Notes: generated by a model not told the origin, from the sequence alone. Counted from the stretch's first letter, positions 28,015-36,855 are shown. The stretch is 62,011 bases of DNA from an uncultured Alphaproteobacteria bacterium (GCA_913047365.1 CAJWUK010000002.1:1-62011); one strand, 5' to 3'. Translations and numbers: made by a program.

Positions 28015-28272
28015 CTATTCTCCATTTTGACTCCGAATTTTTGAACGGTTCGTTTCCGGCAACGATGAGAAACTGTTAAACAGCACGGCCTCGTTACGGA
28101 TCGGTTTGTAGGGACGCACGCAGACCGGATTACTGCGTCCGAGCAATTCGCGAGAAATTTCATCGGCCCAGTTTCCGTCGAAGCGACGATGGTCGGGGCG
28201 AAACGATCCCAGTTTCGAATAGCCATCAGGGAACCGTTTGCGATTGAAAATTTTGACGTCTTCGAAACTCAT
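28015..28272 (-). CDS. hypothetical protein (85 aa)
   Basis: ATG 28272 lies 7 nt after the AKR stop, and the stop lies 3 nt before the sseA start. Codon usage looks like that of its neighbours. No family recognised and no clear SD. Confidence 0.45.
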   Translation of the reverse strand: MSFEDVKIFNRKRFPDGYSKLGSFRPDHRRFDGNWADEISRELLGRSNPVCVRPYKPIRNEAVLFNSFSSLPETNRSKIRSQNGE

Positions 28273-28279
28273 GGCGGCG

Positions 28280-29263
28280 TCACAAATCCACGGTCCACAT
28301 CTGGGCGTTCGGATAGCGGTTGCCAGCGGTGAAATCCGGCGGAATGGAATCGTGCAGTTCCTTGAGCTCTTCGGGTGAAAAATCGATTTCCGTGGCGGCA
28401 ATGTTCAGGTTCAGATGTTCGACCCGCTTGGTGCCCGGGATGGGAATAATGTCATTCCCCTGCGCCAGCACCCAGGCCAGAGCGACTTGGGCCGGGGTAC
28501 AGCCCTTGTCTTTGGCCAATGCTTCGATCGGTGCAATCACAGCAACGTTGTGTTTCAGGTTATCCCCCTGGAAGCGCGGGTGATCGCGGCGACGGTCTTT
28601 TTCCGCCATATCTTTGTCTTCCTTGATCGCGCCGGTCAGCATACCGCGGCCGAGTGGGGAATAGGCGACATAGGTGATGCCCAATTCACGGCAGACAGGG
28701 ATCTGATCGTTTAGCGCAAACTGGGTCCACAACGACAATTCACTTTGCAGCGCCGAAATGGGGTGAACCGCGTGGGCACGTCGGAGTGTTTCGGAAGAAC
28801 ATTCCGAAAGACCAATTGTGCGAACCTTTCCTTCTTTCACCAGGTCCGACATTGCACCGACAGTGTCTTCGATGGGTACTTCCTTGTCGACCCGATGCTG
28901 GAAATAGAGATCGATTACGTCGGTTTGAAGGCGCCGCAAACTGGCTTCGCAGGCTTCGCGTACGTATTCCGGCCGACCGTCAGCGCCTCGTTCGGGATCT
29001 TTCGCATATATGTTGCCGAACTTGGTTGCCAGCAGAACGTTGTCACGCCGGTTGGCGATAACCTTACCCAATAGGGTCTCATTCGAGCCTCCGCCATAGG
29101 CGTCGGCGGTATCGATAAAGCTGACGCCGTTATCGATGGCGGCATGGATAGTGGCGATCGACTGGTCTGCGTCCGCTGGACCGTAAATACCGGTCATGGT
29201 CATGCAGCCGAGGCCGATTTCGGAGATATCGAGGTCGCTGTTGCCGAGTTTGCGAATTTTCAT
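28280..29263 (-). CDS. aldo/keto reductase
   Basis: 327 aa from MKIRKLGNSDLDISEIGLGCM. AKR catalytic context (D..Y.....E, LYFQHR) and C-terminal IPIPGT.   The track start at 29419 adds 52 Arg/Pro-rich residues. Confidence 0.9.
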   Translation of the reverse strand: MKIRKLGNSDLDISEIGLGCMTMTGIYGPADADQSIATIHAAIDNGVSFIDTADAYGGGSNETLLGKVIANRRDNVLLATKFGNIYAKDPERGADGRPEYVREACEASLRRLQTDVIDLYFQHRVDKEVPIEDTVGAMSDLVKEGKVRTIGLSECSSETLRRAHAVHPISALQSELSLWTQFALNDQIPVCRELGITYVAYSPLGRGMLTGAIKEDKDMAEKDRRRDHPRFQGDNLKHNVAVIAPIEALAKDKGCTPAQVALAWVLAQGNDIIPIPGTKRVEHLNLNIAATEIDFSPEELKELHDSIPPDFTAGNRYPNAQMWTVDL

Positions 29264-29539
29264 CTGTGGGCTCACTTTCTTGTGCAGATTTACATCCTTC
29301 TGGCGGGGCGCGGAAATAATTGTTTCAGCGATCAAGAACACTTCCTTCGCTGTTGACCTGTCAGTATTCCTCGGTCGGTGCGGAGTGGAGAGAGTATTAG
29401 ATCGTTTATTTGGCGGCAAAGCGTCTCGGAGATCAGGATGCTGCCAACTTCATCGCGTTTTACCCGTTGCCTGTCAGGTTGCTATATTCGGGTTTGTACT
29501 TGGGTATCAACACCCCGACATATCGGGAGGAATGAAAGA

Positions 29540-30382
29540 ATGCCGTATGATGCCATTACTGTGAAGAAATGTTCCCCGCATATCGGGGCGGAAATTGGCG
29601 GTGTGGATTTAACCGGCGCGCTGGGCAATGCAGAAGTGGAAGAAATCCACACGGCCCTGAATGAATTCGGGGTGGTCTTTTTTCGGAATCAAAAACTGAC
29701 CCCGGAATTGCAGGACCGGTTCGTCAGATATCTGGGCGAACCGCATGTCCATGTGGGTGGCAAGAGCACGGCCTCGAAACCCGTAGACGGGTACCCGGCG
29801 CTGCGGAAACAGCATTTCAATGAAAATTCCGCCCGTATCTCGGGTGAGGCCTGGCACACCGACCAGAGTTGTGCCGAAATTCCTCCCAAGTATAGCGTTC
29901 TTTACCAGGAAATTATTCCGCCGGATGGCGGGGGCGATACCATGTTTCTCTCAGCGGCTAAGGCTTACGAAGAGCTAAGCGAGAGCATGAAGGAGTATCT
30001 GGACGGCAAGACAGCTTTTCATAATGCCGATGCGGCCTTCGATGCTTCGGTCACTAAAAACAACCAGGAAACACATCTGGTCGCCGATCATCCGGTCGTA
30101 ATCACACACCCTGAGAACGGGCGCGAAGTGCTTTACGTCAATCCATATTTCACGCGCCACATAAACGGTATTCCGGAGGACGAAAGCCGGGCAATTCTGG
30201 AATTTCTGTATCAGCACCAGCAGCGGCCCAACTGGACACTAAGGTTCAACTGGACCGATCACACGGTCGCCTGCTGGGATAACCGCGCGGTTCAGCATTA
30301 CGCCATCTGGGATTACTGGCCGAACGAGAGGCTAGGGTATCGCATGTTCGTCGGCGGTACGGAAAGGCCGTCGCGGGTCTGA
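29540..30382 (+). CDS. TauD/TfdA family Fe(II)/2-oxoglutarate dioxygenase
   Basis: 280 aa from MPYDAITVKK (SD GGGAGGAA). H-x-D facial triad WHTDQS, GGDT, distal His and Arg (W.N...QH.A). Confidence 0.9.
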   Translation: MPYDAITVKKCSPHIGAEIGGVDLTGALGNAEVEEIHTALNEFGVVFFRNQKLTPELQDRFVRYLGEPHVHVGGKSTASKPVDGYPALRKQHFNENSARISGEAWHTDQSCAEIPPKYSVLYQEIIPPDGGGDTMFLSAAKAYEELSESMKEYLDGKTAFHNADAAFDASVTKNNQETHLVADHPVVITHPENGREVLYVNPYFTRHINGIPEDESRAILEFLYQHQQRPNWTLRFNWTDHTVACWDNRAVQHYAIWDYWPNERLGYRMFVGGTERPSRV

Positions 30383-30528
30383 TTTTATTGGGTACTGCAG
30401 GACAGGAATGTCTGTTCCCGAGTAAAAGCATACTTTCCCTGATCACTTACGGCAGTTGTGTTGAGTGCCCGTAAATCCAAAAGAGAAATGTGCGATACTG
30501 TTCCGATCGAGAAAACTGCATGAAACCC

Positions 30529-30984
30529 TCACCAATACCTCCCCGTACTGCCGATCACGGCATTCCCGAGTCCAATCAGGAGGTTTACCGTTACCAGAAT
30601 GCGTATTTGGTTGAGGTTGGCGCCGGCGGTCGGAAAATCCTGTAATTCGACGGCGGCCCTGAAGCGCTTGTAGGGCGCGAAATACAGATGCAGATAGATG
30701 GCGATCATGATCCAGCCGATGCCGTGCATAAGATGCGCATGCAACGGCATATTCGATAGTCCGCCCCAGATACTGAAAATCATCCAGTAGCCGGTTAACG
30801 GCAGCAGTATCACGGCCATCCATACCCAGGGAAAAAACTTCTGGAACACCCGGCTCCACAAGGGCGCGCGTACCGGCGGGTCCAGTTCGCCGGCCGCCAG
30901 GCGAAGCACCATGATTGCGAAAAACATGCCGCCGACCCAGACGACGGCGGTGAGAAGATGGATGGCTAGGGCGACTGAGGTCAT
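30529..30984 (-). CDS. CopD-like integral membrane protein (151 aa)
   Basis: 4 TM helices. N-terminal HLL.AVVWVGGMFF motif as in short CopD-domain proteins. Start chosen at MTSVAL (30984). Confidence 0.55.
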   Translation of the reverse strand: MTSVALAIHLLTAVVWVGGMFFAIMVLRLAAGELDPPVRAPLWSRVFQKFFPWVWMAVILLPLTGYWMIFSIWGGLSNMPLHAHLMHGIGWIMIAIYLHLYFAPYKRFRAAVELQDFPTAGANLNQIRILVTVNLLIGLGNAVIGSTGRYW

Positions 30985-31068
30985 GACTTTGTGGCTCGCT
31001 TGATCGGTGGCAGGGGGTGCATTACGTTCCGCGCACATCCTAAAGCGTTCCTTTCGAAAGATCACTTC

Positions 31069-31911
31069 ATGAAGTTCACCGGTACCGATAATTATGTCGC
31101 CACAGACGACCTGATGACCGCCGTCAATGCGGCAATCACTCTTGAAAGGCCGTTACTGGTGAAAGGCGAACCCGGCACCGGGAAAACCCTGCTGGCCATG
31201 GAGGTTGCGGAAGCATTGGGGATGCCACTTTATGAATGGCACATCAAATCCACCACCAAGGCAAACCACGGCCTGTACGAATATGACGCGGTCTCGCGTC
31301 TCAGGGATTCCCAACTTGGCGACGACCGGGTGCAGGACATCAACAACTACATCAAGCGCGGCATGCTGTGGGAGTCGTTTGTCTCAGACAAGCCGTCGGT
31401 TCTGCTGATCGACGAGATCGACAAGGCAGATATCGAATTTCCCAACGACCTTTTACGCGAACTCGACCGCATGGAATTCTATGTCTACGAGACACAGGAA
31501 ACGGTGAGTGCGATCAACCGGCCGGTCGTCATCATCACGTCAAATAATGAGAAGGAATTGCCGGATGCATTCCTGCGCCGCTGTTTCTTCCATTACATTC
31601 GGTTTCCAGATGAGGAAACCATGGAAAAGATCGTTCACGTACATTTCCCGGACATCAAGAAGCGGCTGTTGAAAGAAGCCCTTGAAGTCTTTTTTTCCAT
31701 CCGGGAGGTCAACGGCATCAAGAAGAAACCGACGACGTCCGAGTTGCTGGACTGGATCAAGCTTTTGCTGGCGGAAGACATTGATCCCGAGGTGCTGCGC
31801 GGCGACAGTACCAAGGCCATTCCGCAGTTACATGGTGCGCTGCTAAAAAACGAGCAGGATGTTCACATGTTCGAACGACTGGCCTTCATGTCCCGGCGGC
31901 AGGACGGATAG
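31069..31911 (+). CDS. MoxR-class AAA+ ATPase (CbbQ/NorQ/CoxD-like, 280 aa)
   Basis: Walker A GEPGTGKT, Walker B LLIDEIDKA, sensor/arginine-finger region LPDAFLRRC. ATG at 31069; the track start at 30991 overlaps the divergent gene. Confidence 0.9.
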   Translation: MKFTGTDNYVATDDLMTAVNAAITLERPLLVKGEPGTGKTLLAMEVAEALGMPLYEWHIKSTTKANHGLYEYDAVSRLRDSQLGDDRVQDINNYIKRGMLWESFVSDKPSVLLIDEIDKADIEFPNDLLRELDRMEFYVYETQETVSAINRPVVIITSNNEKELPDAFLRRCFFHYIRFPDEETMEKIVHVHFPDIKKRLLKEALEVFFSIREVNGIKKKPTTSELLDWIKLLLAEDIDPEVLRGDSTKAIPQLHGALLKNEQDVHMFERLAFMSRRQDG

Positions 31912-31926
31912 CGGGGCTGCGGCGCC

Positions 31927-33117
31927 GTGTTCGTCGATTTTTTTTACCAACTGCGCGAAGCGCGAATTCCGGTCACCATCCGGGAATTTCTGACCTTTCT
32001 GGAAGCGCTGGATAAAGACGTTGCCCGGGGCAACATAGACGAGTTCTATTTCCTGTCCCGAGCCTCACTGGTGAAGGACGAACGGTTTTTCGATACGTTC
32101 GACCTGGTTTTCGGGAACTTTTTCCAGGGCGCGATGAACAAGACCGAAGGTCTGCTTGAGGAATATATTCCTGAGGACTGGCTGCAGGGTGTTGCCCGGG
32201 AAATGTTCAGCGAAGAAGAAATCGACGAGATGAGCTTCGAAGAGCTTATGGAGGAGCTTGCCAAGCGGCTTCAGGAGCAGGACGGGCAGCACCATGGTGG
32301 TAATCGCTGGATCGGTACCGGCGGCACATCACCGTTCGGGAACTCAGGGCAGAACCCGAGAGGGTTTCGCATGGGCGGAGAGGGCGGCGGCAAAAGCGCC
32401 ACGAAGATGTGGCAAAAAAGGGATTTTCGCTCGCTACGGGGCGAGACGGAGATCGGCACACGAAACATGAAGATGGCGCTACGGCGTCTGCGCAAATTCG
32501 TGCGTGAAGGTGCAGAAGATGAATTCGACCTAGACGAAACGATCAAATCGACCGCCGACCGCGGCGGGATGCTGGACATCAAGATGCGTGCCGAACGTAA
32601 GAACAAGGTCAAGGTACTGACCATGTTCGATATCGGCGGTTCAATGGACAGCTTTATCCGGATTTCGGAAGAGTTGTTCTCGGCTGTCCGCACCGAGTTC
32701 AAGTACCTGGAATACTACTACTTTCACAATTTTCTGTATGAGCGGGTATGGCGACAGAACCGGCGCGGATACAACGAATGGATACCCACTCACGAGGTCA
32801 TGAACACCTACGGATCTGACTGGAAAGCCATCTTTGTCGGGGATGCCACAATGAGTCCCTTTGAAATCACTGAAGTAGGCGGGTCCATCGAGCACTGGAA
32901 TGAAGAGGCGGGAGAGCTCTGGCTTCGACGCTTTCTGGCGACCTATCCGGATGCTGTCTGGTTGAACCCGGTGCCGCAGGAAAGGTGGATGGCGACCCCG
33001 AGTATTCGGATGACGTATCAATTATTGGAGGGTCGAATGTTTCCACTGACGGTCGATGGACTGGATGCCGCAATGAAACTTTTGCGGCAGGGACGTCAGG
33101 CGGCGAGCCGCCATTAA
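31927..33117 (+). CDS. VWA domain protein, CoxE-like partner of the MoxR ATPase
   Basis: CoxE-type N-terminus (FF.QLR.A.IPV...E...FL.AL). C-terminal VWA with MIDAS-like D.GGSM (FDIGGSMD). 15 nt after the ATPase gene. Confidence 0.85.
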   Translation: MFVDFFYQLREARIPVTIREFLTFLEALDKDVARGNIDEFYFLSRASLVKDERFFDTFDLVFGNFFQGAMNKTEGLLEEYIPEDWLQGVAREMFSEEEIDEMSFEELMEELAKRLQEQDGQHHGGNRWIGTGGTSPFGNSGQNPRGFRMGGEGGGKSATKMWQKRDFRSLRGETEIGTRNMKMALRRLRKFVREGAEDEFDLDETIKSTADRGGMLDIKMRAERKNKVKVLTMFDIGGSMDSFIRISEELFSAVRTEFKYLEYYYFHNFLYERVWRQNRRGYNEWIPTHEVMNTYGSDWKAIFVGDATMSPFEITEVGGSIEHWNEEAGELWLRRFLATYPDAVWLNPVPQERWMATPSIRMTYQLLEGRMFPLTVDGLDAAMKLLRQGRQAASRH

Positions 33118-33159
33118 ACTGGCACCCACTACTTCGGATATATATATTATATTTTCACC

Positions 33160-33522
33160 ATGACCTTCTTGCGCCTCCAGAAACAAAGGATCGGACTGTT
33201 CCTTGCGGTCTTTCTGGCGATGGCTGCAGCATCTCCTGGATTGCTGGCGGCGGCGAAGGGGATACAGGTTCAGGCTCTGATATGCTCGCCGAACGCCACA
33301 AAAAACCCTATCGACGATAAACCGGCATTTTTGCCAGAAGACCATTGCCAGATTTGTCCGATAGGATCGTTGGAAAAACTGGCCGCTTTACGCGTTGGTG
33401 CGGTGAACTACCTCAAGTCACAGCATATGGTGTCTGTAACGGTATTCCGAAGTGAGCGGCTCAGATGGTTTAGGGCAGAGTTGTTCCCTGTCCAGGGCCG
33501 TTCACCGCCTGCCCAAATCTGA
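33160..33522 (+). CDS. DUF2946-like secreted protein with HCxxC motif
   Basis: Signal peptide, 120 aa, EDHCQICP motif. This family is characteristically adjacent to PCu(A)C copper chaperones. Confidence 0.6.
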   Translation: MTFLRLQKQRIGLFLAVFLAMAAASPGLLAAAKGIQVQALICSPNATKNPIDDKPAFLPEDHCQICPIGSLEKLAALRVGAVNYLKSQHMVSVTVFRSERLRWFRAELFPVQGRSPPAQI

Positions 33523-33571
33523 ACTCTATTTCGCCGGAAAGCCGGCATCATTCAGATTTGGAGAGAGAACT

Positions 33572-34102
33572 ATGAAATCACCGATTGCAGCGGCGGCGCT
33601 TTTGGCAGCCATGTTCGGGTTTTCGACCGCTGTCTATGGCCATTCCCACAAAATGAAACACGGGAACCACGGCGCCCATACGATGGGAGGGGTAAAGGTT
33701 ACGTCGGCCTGGGCGCGGGCGACGCCTGGTAAGGCGAAAAACGGCGCAGCCTACGTGACTATCGCAAATGATGGCCAGCACAAGGACAGGCTTGTGGCGG
33801 TAAAAGGATCCGCCGCAAAAAAGATCGAAATTCACACCCACCTGATGGAAAAAGGAATTATGCGGATGCGCCGCGTTGAAGGAGTTGACGTTCCCGCTGG
33901 CGGCACGGTGACGTTTAAGCCGGGCGGTCTTCATTTGATGCTGATGGGGCTGGAAGAACCGCTGAAGAAGGGCGGTTCGCTCTCGCTCACCCTTATTTTC
34001 AAAAAAGCGGGTGAGGTTGCGGCTAACATCCGTATTCTTAGCGTAGGCGCGATGGGTGCCAAGGGCGGCCATGGACATGGTGGGCACTCGTCACATAAAT
34101 GA
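33572..34102 (+). CDS. periplasmic copper chaperone PCu(A)C (DUF461), His-rich termini
   Basis: Signal peptide. H-x-M...M...H-x-M copper motif (IHTHLMEKGIMRM...GGLHLMLMG). His-rich HSHKMKHGNHGAH after the signal peptide and a GGHGHGGHSSHK tail. SD GGAGAGAG. Confidence 0.88.
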   Translation: MKSPIAAAALLAAMFGFSTAVYGHSHKMKHGNHGAHTMGGVKVTSAWARATPGKAKNGAAYVTIANDGQHKDRLVAVKGSAAKKIEIHTHLMEKGIMRMRRVEGVDVPAGGTVTFKPGGLHLMLMGLEEPLKKGGSLSLTLIFKKAGEVAANIRILSVGAMGAKGGHGHGGHSSHK

Positions 34103-34160
34103 GCCACTTGCCTCCTTGAAAGCGGCTACCTTATTTCTCTGGATAAATTAGGAGGCCGAA

Positions 34161-34628
34161 GTGGACCGTCCTAGAATTTCTGGGTTTCTCGTGCCATTAA
34201 TGCTGGCTTGGCCGTCTGGGGTGTCTGCCCATGGACTGGATATCCTGTCCGGCAACGCTTTGCCCGTAAGGGCCGGCGGGGATACCGCCGTCTATCTGAC
34301 CATCGGCAACGAGGCGTTCCATAACGAGCGACTTATTGGCGCGACTAGTGAAATCGCTAACAAAGTGGAACTCCACGCTGACCGGGACGGTCGGATGGTG
34401 CCCGTAAACGGCATCGAAATTCCTTTAGACGACCGCATCGACATGCGCCAGACAGGACATCACATCATGCTGATCGGAACGAAATCCGATCTTACGGTCG
34501 GCAGTGTCCTAAGGCTGCGTCTGCAGTTTGGAAAGAACCGATTTCAGAACGTCATGGTCCGGGTCGGTAAGGGAGGTGCACCCGCTGCAGCAAGCCCCGC
34601 TCCGCAGGGCGGAGGGCACGGGAAATAG
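34161..34628 (+). CDS. second PCu(A)C-like copper chaperone paralogue
   Basis: GTG start with AGGAGG. Same fold blocks (AVYLTI.N......L......IA..VELH......M.......I......GHHIML.G), but no N-terminal His-rich segment. Confidence 0.8.
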   Translation: MDRPRISGFLVPLMLAWPSGVSAHGLDILSGNALPVRAGGDTAVYLTIGNEAFHNERLIGATSEIANKVELHADRDGRMVPVNGIEIPLDDRIDMRQTGHHIMLIGTKSDLTVGSVLRLRLQFGKNRFQNVMVRVGKGGAPAAASPAPQGGGHGK

Positions 34629-34631
34629 GCG

Positions 34632-35156
34632 TCAGCTTCCCGGCTTTCCGGGGTTTTGATATCCGCAGGACGGGCAAATCCGAAGCGACGCATCGCCGTA
34701 ATATTCCTCGAATACCGGCGGCAGGTCTCGGACAAGATCGGTCACTTCGACCTCGCGGCGGTGGACCTTGGTGTCACACTTCTCGCAATACCATTCGAAC
34801 GCATCCAGTTCACCCGGCTGGCGAATGCGTTCGATGACCAACCCAACCGTATCGGCCGGCCTTTGCGGCGAATGGCGGGTATGGGCCGGCAGCAAAAGCA
34901 CCTCACCTTCCTTGATTGGCACGTCCTTTGGTTTCCCGTCCTCTATGATGCGGAGCATCATGTCACCCCTCAGCTGATAGAAGAATTCATCGCCAGGGTC
35001 GTCATGATAATCGGTTCGGACATTGGGGCCGCCGACGACGGTCACCATGAATTCGCCGTCTTCCCAGATTTGCGCGTTACCGACCGGCGGTTTCAAGACT
35101 TCGGCATGATCGTCGATCCAGTTCATCAGATTCAGGGGTAGGGGGCTGGTCATCAA
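34632..35156 (-). CDS. 3-hydroxyanthranilate 3,4-dioxygenase (canonical bacterial HAAO/NbaC type)
   Basis: N-terminal LNLMNWIDDHAEVLKPPVGNAQIW. Ligands H-x5-E (YHDDPGDE) and HSPQR. Rubredoxin-like CEKC...CPSC. 174 aa. Confidence 0.92.
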   Translation of the reverse strand: MMTSPLPLNLMNWIDDHAEVLKPPVGNAQIWEDGEFMVTVVGGPNVRTDYHDDPGDEFFYQLRGDMMLRIIEDGKPKDVPIKEGEVLLLPAHTRHSPQRPADTVGLVIERIRQPGELDAFEWYCEKCDTKVHRREVEVTDLVRDLPPVFEEYYGDASLRICPSCGYQNPGKPGS

Positions 35157-35178
35157 TAGTCTCCGCTGGATATTCCGT

Positions 35179-35586
35179 TTATTCGTCGCAAATTGCGGTG
35201 CATTCTACCTCGATATCGAACTCCCAAGGCCACGAACCGACGGTTACAAACGTGCGCGCCGGAGGATTTTTGGGAAAGAACTTGCGGTATTCCTCGTTGA
35301 TGGAGTCGAAATACCCTGAATTTGAGCAGTAGACGTTCACCTTTACGACCTGGTCCAGGGAGGATCCAGCTGCTTTCAAGGCGTCCCGCACGTTTTGCAG
35401 GGATTTGCGGGTCTGCCTTCGGATATCGCCCGTTACCAGCTTGCCGGTCTTGGTATCAAGCGGCGGAAGTCCAGAGACGAAAACGAAACCGTTCGCCTTG
35501 ACAGCGGGCGAGAGCGGGACCTTCCCCTTCTTCAAGGCTTCCGACATACCGGGCATATATACACATTCTTTTTTCGATTTGGCCAT
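35179..35586 (-). CDS. RidA family deaminase (second copy, paired with HAAO)
   Basis: 135 aa, RidA blocks (ANGFVFVSG, FDIEVECTA). SD GAGGAA upstream of ATG 35586. 22 nt upstream of the HAAO gene. Confidence 0.88.
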   Translation of the reverse strand: MAKSKKECVYMPGMSEALKKGKVPLSPAVKANGFVFVSGLPPLDTKTGKLVTGDIRRQTRKSLQNVRDALKAAGSSLDQVVKVNVYCSNSGYFDSINEEYRKFFPKNPPARTFVTVGSWPWEFDIEVECTAICDE

Positions 35587-36093
35587 TAGGTGTTCCTCAG
35601 GTCATGTATTCGGTGCGGTAGAAGTAGTCGAGCAGAGCATTGATAATGGTATCAATTATACGACCTTTGGGTATACAGGCGCCATCTCGCCCGTGTTCCG
35701 GGGAGTAAGGATACCGATCCTGCGCAGGGCATAGGGTGCAGGTTCCCGGTTGCCAGGATACAGAGCGAGGGAATCCCGACGGTCCGGGTCGATAAGCTCG
35801 GATCAGCACGAGCGCCTCATCATCCGTATTTTTTTGGTGGGTGCTCCGATTTTTTTGCAACTGGACACCCTAAATCGGGTCCGGGCCAGGGCGAGAAGAT
35901 TGTCGGGCATGTCAGAAAGATATGCGGCGCTCACTTGCTTGGCCAGACCGGAAAATTGCCCATTATCCAGGGCTATTGGTCAATGGAAGGGCTTGAGCTT
36001 AATATTTCACTGCCGTTTTAGGGTTTAAGGGCGGCACAGATTGAATAATTAAGGGCGTATAACGCACAAATAGATTTTAAATTGAGGTTTCTG

Positions 36094-36855
36094 ATGATTA
36101 ATAAACTTACAGCGTCGTCTTTTCTGTTTTTATTCTCAGTGTTATCGACTTTTCCAGGTAATGCGGCCGCAGAGGCTATCCGTCATGAGGTCTCATATCC
36201 TACCGGACAGGGTCCTTTTCCAGTGGTGATCACCCTTCATACCAGCGGCGGGTATGAGCGCACTAGAAAATGGATAGAGAACTTTAAAAGCAAGGTGTGG
36301 AATGATGCTGGTTACGCAGTATACGCACCGGATTTTTTTGAACGGCACGGCCTGACACCTCGGGGGCGTATGAAAACGTTTTCCCGTTATAGAAAAGATA
36401 TAGAAAAAGAGCTTTTGGATATCGTTAGGATTGCAAAAAATGACCCGAAGGTTGACCCAAGAAATGTCTTCGCTGTGGGATTTTCAAATGGTGGTTTTTG
36501 GGCGAGTTTTCTTGCGGGAAGCGGGAGGATAAATGCAGGCGCGTCTCATTACGGAGTGTGGAAGGCAAACTTTGGGAGAGAAATCATCAATCCCTACCCT
36601 ATGAAGTATTTCTCTAGCGCTAGCTCGCCCGTCTTGGCACTTCATGGCGCGAACGACGGCACCCAAAAGATACACCATGTCGAAGAGGCATGGACTTGGG
36701 CGAGAGGTAATGGTGGCAAGCTGATTACTCACATTTACCCGGATGCAGACCATGCCTGGGACAGCAAGGGCAAGTATTTTAATGCCTGGGATTCGAAGGT
36801 TAAGGAAGATGCCTTTAACCGAACGCTGGCATTTTTCAAAAATCACACACGCTAA
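36094..36855 (+). CDS. secreted dienelactone hydrolase family alpha/beta hydrolase
   Basis: Signal peptide, nucleophile elbow GFSNGG, C-terminal DHAW. AT-richer codon usage than the flanks. Confidence 0.8.
   Translation: MINKLTASSFLFLFSVLSTFPGNAAAEAIRHEVSYPTGQGPFPVVITLHTSGGYERTRKWIENFKSKVWNDAGYAVYAPDFFERHGLTPRGRMKTFSRYRKDIEKELLDIVRIAKNDPKVDPRNVFAVGFSNGGFWASFLAGSGRINAGASHYGVWKANFGREIINPYPMKYFSSASSPVLALHGANDGTQKIHHVEEAWTWARGNGGKLITHIYPDADHAWDSKGKYFNAWDSKVKEDAFNRTLAFFKNHTR

Noticed and set aside
29345-29480. Repeated GTTG(A)CCTGTCAG motifs (about 29352 and 29466) in the AKR/TauD divergent region as an operator pair
   Set aside because: There are only two imperfect copies, about 114 bp apart, with a 4-bp palindromic core. 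I could not distinguish this from chance without a genome-wide count.
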